Shown here: positions 57,640 through 64,000 of the stretch, piece by piece
Layout: each line of letters starts with the position of its first letter
Position numbering within the stretch: position 1 is the first letter of the stretch
Assembly: GCA_963748215.1 (NCBI GenBank)
Contig: CAVVHS010000007.1
Span: 288,001-352,000, forward strand
Direction: 5' to 3'
Length of the DNA: 64,000 bases
Source: an uncultured Gammaproteobacteria bacterium
Lineage (GTDB): Bacteria; Pseudomonadota; Gammaproteobacteria; UBA9214
Translations under genes and position numbers: made by a program
The notes under the pieces: model-generated
The model's input: the letters and a program-made list of their open reading frames with translations, nothing else
Told to the model about the DNA's origin: nothing
Database searches by the model: none

Positions 57640-58494
57640 CTAATGCTTGCCAAATAAAATGGCTTTTAGATGTGCAAATATTCCAGGTCTGGCAACATCG
57701 TCAACAATATACAGTCGATCACCGAATTGTAAATCGTCGAGACGTTTACTCAGTTGCGCCGTCTCCTGTGAGAGTCGCTCCACCAGCAAAAATATTTCAT
57801 TGTCAGATTCTTTGTTTCCAGAGATATTCTCGCTTGTTGCTGTTATTGACCCGTCAAGGTTATGGCCAGCCGCTTCCGGACGCCTTCCTGTTTCTCTCGA
57901 CATTGCTTTCACTGCTACTTGCATCTGTGTTGTTGTTTCAGTCAGTTCATTACTGAGAGTTGCGACATCAGCCCTGAAGTCAGTTGCTCTGTGCAATATT
58001 TGTCTTATTGCACTGTCTTTGGCTTCAAGATAGCAGTGAATTACCAGGTCCATATCCAGGAAGACCACTTTGCTTAAGGCTTCCAGAAGCCGGGCAATCG
58101 ATTTCTTATCCCCCGTATGATTCTCGGTAATTAGTTCGATAATCTGACCAAACATCTGACAGTATCCACCGATATACCAGTTGATGGTTAGCCCAACTTG
58201 TGCATGCGCACGTCCGATCTGTTGCGCCCTTTCAAAGAATGCATTGTCGTATTCACCATTGAATAATGAGTTCAACCAATGATATTTTTGCCCTGCGCGG
58301 GCGCGTGCGATTGCATCACCATCAACAAAAAGTTTCTTAAGTTCAGGCTGTCTGAGCAGGTGATCGTAAAATCGATCTAGCATTCCGTCCATTGCTGGCT
58401 CGATGAATATTCTGGCGGCCTGAATTTCGCGAGTTGTTTCTGTATCAATTTTCAGAAATTTGAGGCGCTCCTCGATCATTTGTGTATGTGGCAT
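57640..58494 (-). CDS. Protoglobin / globin-coupled-sensor domain protein without a recognisable output domain
   Basis: RLKFLKID, LDRFYDHL, Q..HW, IGRAHAQVGL...WYIGGY, KVVFLDMDL. Confidence 0.88.
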   Translation of the reverse strand: MPHTQMIEERLKFLKIDTETTREIQAARIFIEPAMDGMLDRFYDHLLRQPELKKLFVDGDAIARARAGQKYHWLNSLFNGEYDNAFFERAQQIGRAHAQVGLTINWYIGGYCQMFGQIIELITENHTGDKKSIARLLEALSKVVFLDMDLVIHCYLEAKDSAIRQILHRATDFRADVATLSNELTETTTQMQVAVKAMSRETGRRPEAAGHNLDGSITATSENISGNKESDNEIFLLVERLSQETAQLSKRLDDLQFGDRLYIVDDVARPGIFAHLKAILFGKH

Positions 58495-59621
58495 ATTCCA
58501 CCTCCAAGACATGTGTTATTCGAGCCGAATATTGAATCTCGGATATACCTCGGTATCCGGCTAATTGGTGAGCCAGGTCACAGCAGCATTCGCCATGTGT
58601 TCGTGACTTGTTCTGTTATAATGTTGTTGCATTTCTTTCAGTTCAATTCTGTGCCTATGTTCTCGGCGCGAGACATGCAGAAAGCATAACCCACTTATCT
58701 CGAAATAATCCATCCACAGAACTACCTGCGCGCGCAGGTTAATGCGGCCGCATCGGCATATCCACTGAATACGCACTCGTAGATCGCCAGCGCTTGCTTA
58801 TGGTTCCTCAATGGCATCCCACCAGCAGGCTGCAGACTCACCTGTTGATTGACGTCCAGAATAAATTCCTCAGAATTCGTTGTACATCTCCAGGTGTCAT
58901 GCAATTTTGTATATCAGGTAGCGATTGTGTCACAAGCGAATTCAACGAGTCATGATGTGGCATTTCGCGTTTGTATTCTGTATTGACTGCCACGCTGTCC
59001 GATCGAACAGAATACATCAGTAAAATATTCTATGCTGTGCATATACATAGCCCTTTCTCTATTTCCCAGACATTTCCCCTGGTACTTCCGAACCCGGTCA
59101 ATACATGTTATTCGCCAGATTTCCATGGACATCATGTTGATACTGGTTGTGGGCATGCGTGAGATCCATGTCTAGAACCTATATCAAATAGGCCAATGCA
59201 TCTCCTTATCGGTAATTATCTTCGCACTTGCATGGCGTGCATGTCCGCCAGTAAATCAGCAACACATGCGGCGAAGTGTTCACTGAATACTGTTGTCGCA
59301 GATCAACTACATTGCATCGTACATCAGAACGCAGAATTTCCTGGTTCAATCCAGCACACTAGCTTCAAAAGTGGCAACCGATCAAATAACCATTGATCAC
59401 AGCGTCGTAAATCAGAGACAACGTATCGTACGTCGGTACACATAACCACCTGATTTAATTTGACACATCGAACTGGTGCGTAACTTGCAGCTAGTCGTGC
59501 GTCTGCGAAAATGAGCAAACATGGCGATCACAGGAAAGCACCCACACTGAGCATTAGTACGCATTATTTGCGCCGATACTACATATAGGAGATTTTGAAG
59601 TTAAAGTTAGTTTTCTAAATT

Positions 59622-60542
59622 ATGGAATGGATCAAACAAAAATTGGAGGAGACGCGTAAACGACGGGAGCTGGTGCAGCAAGTCCATGCTGCCTTATCTG
59701 CAGATATGCTGTATCCACCACAGCGCGCCTTCGGCGCTGGGACATATCGGCTGCTCCCCCTGAAGGGCAGCATGTGGCGTATATCAGAAATAGCCATGGT
59801 GATCGCATCGGTCATAATTGCCTGGTTGATCGGAACGGGCCAGGGGCCGGTGGTATGGTTACACAATCTTGACCTGCTTGAATCCAATCAAGTCAGCTCA
59901 GCCGAAAGCCCGGCCGATGAACAGCTGCAGACGCATGTCACCGGCCTAACTGAACGCGTGGACAAGCTGACTGATTTGATTCTAAATCTGGAGTCTGGGC
60001 TGATACATGCCCGCGGTATCACGGATTCAATTATCGATTCTGAACAGAAAATTGCGTCCTCGACTACTCCAGAGCCGTCGACAACTGGCGAGGTAGTGCA
60101 AATCCTTGAGACATTGCCGTCCTCAGCCGCTGGCAAAACACGCAGAGGGATGAGCATTGAAAAAATGCCCCGGCAAACCCCAGCCTGGAGAACAACCAGG
60201 CCCAAAAACACAACTGGTATCCCCGCTATCACCGTCAGTAAGACCGCGATAGAGGGACAGAAGAATTCGGTTATTGGTATACAACCCGCGGTCAGCGTGG
60301 CTCAACAGGGCCCATGGGTCGTCAATCTTGCTTCTTTACCGAGTAAGACCGATGCCGAACGATTCGCGGAAAATGTCCGGATCATGGATATCGAAACGGA
60401 ACAGCAACACGTCACCGTGAAAGGCAAACAATACTGGCGTGTGCAGATAACCGGCTTCTCAACAGCGGCGGAGGCCAAGGCTACTGCCGGAACCACTATG
60501 GAAAAGCTGGGACTTAAGGAAATCTGGATAACGAAGCACTGA
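59622..60542 (+). CDS. Membrane-anchored SPOR-domain protein
   Basis: TM helix, coiled coil, linker, WVVNLASL....DAERFA...YWRVQITGFST..EAK. Confidence 0.82.
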   Translation: MEWIKQKLEETRKRRELVQQVHAALSADMLYPPQRAFGAGTYRLLPLKGSMWRISEIAMVIASVIIAWLIGTGQGPVVWLHNLDLLESNQVSSAESPADEQLQTHVTGLTERVDKLTDLILNLESGLIHARGITDSIIDSEQKIASSTTPEPSTTGEVVQILETLPSSAAGKTRRGMSIEKMPRQTPAWRTTRPKNTTGIPAITVSKTAIEGQKNSVIGIQPAVSVAQQGPWVVNLASLPSKTDAERFAENVRIMDIETEQQHVTVKGKQYWRVQITGFSTAAEAKATAGTTMEKLGLKEIWITKH

Positions 60543-60684
60543 GTGTTCAGGGGACGCAGAAATATCTGATTCCTGACCTGTCGTTCCGAGCAAGTGCCGT
60601 TGTACAACTACTCCAGCTGATATCTGATAGTTGACCGGGTATGCCCGCTTCTCACCGGCTTCTTCCATTTTGTGGTTTTGTCTA

Positions 60685-60812
60685 TACGTCGTCTACGGGT
60701 CAGTCTTTCCCGTTAAAGCGACTAAAGGTTCGACTGGGTTCGTCTCCCGTCCTTTGCCGAAATCTTATATTGGCGTCTCGTGTAGGACAGGGATCGGACA
60801 ATAGTTGACGTT
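60685..60812 (+). repeat. Cluster of 30-bp island units
   Basis: 60685 TACGTC-gtctac-GGGTCA-gtcttt-CCCGTT; 60725 AAGGTT-cgactg-GGTTCG-tctccc-GTCCTT; 60783 TAGGAC-agggat-CGGACA-atagtt-GACGTT. Confidence 0.75.
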
Positions 60813-60948
60813 TAGATAATACTGATACTTAATTCCGAGCACATTACAGGGGCACTCCGTGCACCCCCGATAACCCACGTGGCTGTTGCAGTGTGCCCAA
60901 ATAAATCGGCGACCCGAAGGCCGCCGCTGTTGAATCGGTTATAGCTAC

Positions 60949-61506
60949 TTACGCTTTCTTACGTCTGGATATTCCGACTAGCCATAAAAGGCCAGAGCCG
61001 AACAAATATGCCGCCGCGGGAATCGGCACGGTCGACAGGGTGGCAGTCAACGTCGAGGATGATGTTAGAATCGTTGAATCGTTGATAAGAGCTCCGTCTA
61101 TGGACAATAGCTGATTCGGGTTACCGCTCACGAAACCCAATCCTGAAGCCCCCACCCAGTTCCACGCTTGGCCGCTCGTAGAGGTGCTTCCACCGCCGGT
61201 AATAAATTGCTGGGTGTTGGTATCAAAATTGAAATTGAAAGTTGTGGTACTACCGTCCGTCAGGTTCCAAGTACCGATCAACTGAGTGTTGAGGTACGCT
61301 TCTAACATCAGTGTGTCGATACTGTTTTCATCAATCACACCCGTTCCGATCAGGCTATCACTGTAACTAAATGCGCCGCTCATGGTGTACCCATTGGCGC
61401 CGGCCCATGAAATGTCGAACGAGACTGCGCTGGATATGCCGGGCATAAACCCTGCTACGACCAGTCCCAGCGAGCAAACAATACCTAAAAGGCCTGATTT
61501 TTTCAT
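60949..61506 (-). CDS. VPLPA-CTERM (PEP-CTERM-like) surface protein
   Basis: Signal peptide; Ser/Thr/Gly-rich; ends VPIPAAAYLFGSGLLWLVGISRRKKA. Confidence 0.92.
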   Translation of the reverse strand: MKKSGLLGIVCSLGLVVAGFMPGISSAVSFDISWAGANGYTMSGAFSYSDSLIGTGVIDENSIDTLMLEAYLNTQLIGTWNLTDGSTTTFNFNFDTNTQQFITGGGSTSTSGQAWNWVGASGLGFVSGNPNQLLSIDGALINDSTILTSSSTLTATLSTVPIPAAAYLFGSGLLWLVGISRRKKA

Positions 61507-61885
61507 ACTGCATCATCCTCTAATACTATGTTGATGTTCACAAATTAGAATTCCAGAATTATTGATCTATTGTCAAAAGCCCCAGACCCATACAAAGCAA
61601 AGATATCCAAATGCATAGGGCTATGCTGTCATTGGCCCTCGGCCGAATAGCTCTCTTCAGCATCACTCTCATTTAGAAATACCCAATATACATTGAGTGA
61701 GCGTCTTTTAGAACTGTTTGCCAGAGCGTAAAAGTTCATAATGCAGACGGACTCACAATATTCGCACCGCATACCCGTCAAAAGAGTGAAGTGACATAAC
61801 TTTACATGTGACATGTAAAGAACTGTGTGTCTGAGATCGCAAATCTTTCCGATCACTAAGCGGTTGTTCGTATATATGGTGTTTA

Positions 61886-62032
61886 AACGTCTGAAAAGGG
61901 TCGTTCTTTGTCGTTAAGTCATTGTTTATATGCGCGGTTTATGTAGGGCCGGAATGGGATTTGTTCCAGACCTTAACCTGTCGTTTAAGCAAGCGCAGAC
62001 TTTACCTCCGGAACGAGTCAGCACTGAGCTTT
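61886..62032 (+). repeat. Cluster of 30-bp island units near the right edge of the island
   Basis: 61886 AACGTC-tgaaaa-GGGTCG-ttcttt-GTCGTT; two weaker units follow. Confidence 0.65.
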
Positions 62033-62177
62033 GATAAATCAACAGAAGTGCCTCACGAGAATGCCCTGGTAGCGGGCCGCTGTACTACAGCGCGGTCCGA
62101 TGTCGAGGGGGACTTGCACACAGGCGGGTAATTCGTCAGCAGCAGTGCCATCCCGGTGAACACCGCTACGCGCTGTC

Positions 62178-63125
62178 TCAGGCGGCGCTGCCGAGCCAGA
62201 AGCTCATGTCCTTGTCGAGGAATTCGTGCCAGGACATGTAGTGCGAGCCGTCGCAGGAGAAGGTCAGGCTGATCATGCCGTTGAAGATGTTGATCGAGGC
62301 CGAGCGCAGGTACAGCGTTTCGTCGGCCGTGCGCAGCTGGCGCATGCCGCGCAGGATGCTGCCGATCTTCTGCTGCGGAATCAGCGCATCCGTCGGCCAG
62401 AGACGGCGCGGGTAGAGCATGCAGATATCCGGGTCGCCGAGCGCCTCGTGGTCGAGGATGCGGTAGCGGTACGGGTCTTCCATGAACCACACGGTGGCGC
62501 GGCTGCTGGAGAAGTGGATCACGGCCTGGAACAGGCCGCGCTCGGTGAACAGTTCCTCGAATATGGCCATGGCCGGTTCCATGTTGCGGTCCATCACGCT
62601 GTCCACGCGGCATTGCTGGAACACCGTGCCGCGGATCGCGGGGTCGCCCTTGATCTGGCGCCAGGCGTCCGATTCCACGTAATGCGCGGCCGTGACCGGC
62701 AGGTCGCGCAGGTCAAAGTCGACGCCGATGTAGCCCAGCCGCTTACTGTCGTCGCACACCACCTTCAGCGCGGTCAGGGAGGGCCGGTTGGATCGCAGGC
62801 TCAGGTAGGCACCGGAGAGCAGCAGGCCGCACTCGGGCACGGCCTCGCGCATATAGGGGCGTTGCGAGCGGTCGCGGCCGAAGTGCTCCGGCAGCAGGCC
62901 GGTATGGCTGATGTTGTCGCTGATCTGGATGCCGTTGCTGTCCAGCGCATAGAAGAACATGCCGTAGGGTACACTGCGCAGCCCATCGCCCAGCACGATA
63001 TCGAGTTCCTCGCGCGATCCCCAAACGGGTACGCATTGTGTGGCAAGGTCTTGCAGCGGGACGGATAGTTCACTCTCCAGTGACTTGCGCTGGCGGGCGA
63101 CGGCGTCTTTCCAGGTATCTTTCAT
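62178..63125 (-). CDS. Hypothetical protein with N-terminal Cache/PDC-like domain
   Basis: YALDSNGIQISDN, GRDRSQRPY, GYIGVDFDL; WRQIKGDPAIRG; INIFNGMISLTFSCDGSHYM. Confidence 0.8.
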   Translation of the reverse strand: MKDTWKDAVARQRKSLESELSVPLQDLATQCVPVWGSREELDIVLGDGLRSVPYGMFFYALDSNGIQISDNISHTGLLPEHFGRDRSQRPYMREAVPECGLLLSGAYLSLRSNRPSLTALKVVCDDSKRLGYIGVDFDLRDLPVTAAHYVESDAWRQIKGDPAIRGTVFQQCRVDSVMDRNMEPAMAIFEELFTERGLFQAVIHFSSSRATVWFMEDPYRYRILDHEALGDPDICMLYPRRLWPTDALIPQQKIGSILRGMRQLRTADETLYLRSASINIFNGMISLTFSCDGSHYMSWHEFLDKDMSFWLGSAA

Positions 63126-63209
63126 GGTGTTCGTCTGTCGGTGAAACGCAAATACCGCGGGTCAGGCAAGGCAGGGAATTTTATGCCCTCGACCAGCCAG
63201 CCGGCAAGT

Positions 63210-63896
63210 TCATGCATCGTCGGGTAAGACGATGGCGTCGAAGTCGCTGGCCTGCGGATGCGTGGCCGCCGGGTCCGGTGTCGCATCACGCACCAGCCAG
63301 GTGGTATGCATGCCGGCCGTGCGCGCGGCATCCAGTTCCTCGCGGATATCGGACAGGAACAGGATGCCCCGCGCCGGCAGGTCGATGTCGGCGGCAATCG
63401 CGGTGTAGGCGGCCGGGTCGCGCTTGTTGCCGATGCGCGTGTCGTAGTAGCCGGAGAACAGCGGGGTCAGGTCGCCCGCGTCGCTGTGGGCGAACAGCAG
63501 CTGCTGGGCCTGCACCGAGCCGGACGAGAACACGTACAGGCGCAGGCCGCTGCCGCTCCAGCGTTCGAGCGCCTTGACCGCATCCGGGTAGACATGTCCG
63601 GTGAAATCGCCCTTGGCGTAGCCGGCTTCCCAGATCATGCCCTGCAGGGCCTTGAGCGGTGTGATCTTCTCGTCCGCGTCGATCCAGGCGATAAGCTGCG
63701 CGACGATGCCGTCCAGGTCGAGTTCCGTGCCGGTCAGCTGGCGCACGTCGTTCAGCTGGGATGCCACGCGCGGGTCCTCGGCATTGTCGCGCACGAATGC
63801 CGCGATGTGCGCACGGGCATAGGGAAACAGCACGTCGTGCACGAAGCGCAGCGAGGAGGTGGTGCCCTCGATATCGGTAAGGATGGCGCGGATCAT
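63210..63896 (-). CDS. mtnC: Enolase-phosphatase E1 (acireductone synthase)
   Basis: [41 protein letters not shown]...ELDAA. Confidence 0.96.
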   Translation of the reverse strand: MIRAILTDIEGTTSSLRFVHDVLFPYARAHIAAFVRDNAEDPRVASQLNDVRQLTGTELDLDGIVAQLIAWIDADEKITPLKALQGMIWEAGYAKGDFTGHVYPDAVKALERWSGSGLRLYVFSSGSVQAQQLLFAHSDAGDLTPLFSGYYDTRIGNKRDPAAYTAIAADIDLPARGILFLSDIREELDAARTAGMHTTWLVRDATPDPAATHPQASDFDAIVLPDDA

Positions 63897-64000
63897 GCGT
63901 GCTGCGCGACGTAGCTGTCGAAGTCGGGGAAGCGCGCGGCGATATTCGAGCCGGTGAAATCTCCGACCCAGCCTTCCGGCGCGGTGAAGAAGCGGATGCA
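63893..64000 (-). CDS. mtnD: Acireductone dioxygenase, C-terminal fragment
   Basis: Manual translation [35 protein letters not shown]; ATGA overlap with mtnC. Confidence 0.85.
   Translation of the reverse strand, partial: CIRFFTAPEGWVGDFTGSNIAARFPDFDSYVAQHA

Larger units (their letters stand above)
50600..62130. mobile_element. Lower-GC accessory island of mostly single-gene modules (no integrase in window)
   Basis: Two spot counts: 47% GC in one 60-nt line inside versus 65% in one outside; mixed gene orientation; long spacers with a shared 30-bp unit; boundaries approximate. Confidence 0.65.

Noticed and set aside
52584-62032. Integron attC sites / CALIN
   Set aside because: No consistent RYYYAAC...GTTRRRY ends, genes lie in both orientations, and no intI is seen; a formal IntegronFinder run is still advisable.

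Overview
High-GC (~63-65% by eye) chromosomal segment, probably from a sediment or sulfur-oxidiser-type gammaproteobacterium (inferred from gene content). About 60 CDS: a CHASE/PAS sensor, a CHASE2 kinase-LysM/FecR-OmpR module, mscL, ttcA, pdxH, a glutamate dehydrogenase, gltA, a RimK/GNAT-C39-like/DUF2817 cluster, pcm and mtnC/mtnD. No rRNA, tRNA, CRISPR array, integrase or transposase was recognised. The most interesting features are non-coding. (1) A lower-GC island (~50.6-62.1 kb) holds mostly unrelated single genes, and most of its spacers carry co-oriented clusters of a degenerate 30-bp unit (WAnGTC-N6-SGGYCR-N6-GMCRTT) with the geometry of a recombination site; this may be an undescribed cassette-array system. 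(2) Two ~248-bp MITE-like elements with 18-bp terminal inverted repeats sit in CTAG sites at stop codons and bracket an atypical kinase-PP2C pair. (3) Composite intergenic arrays combine GTAG-REPs, 7-mer tracts and CACGGAA tracts, and two of them bracket a pair of unknown genes in inverted orientation. Two frameshifted genes and one apparent ATC start were also seen. Product calls come from motif recognition only; no searches were run.
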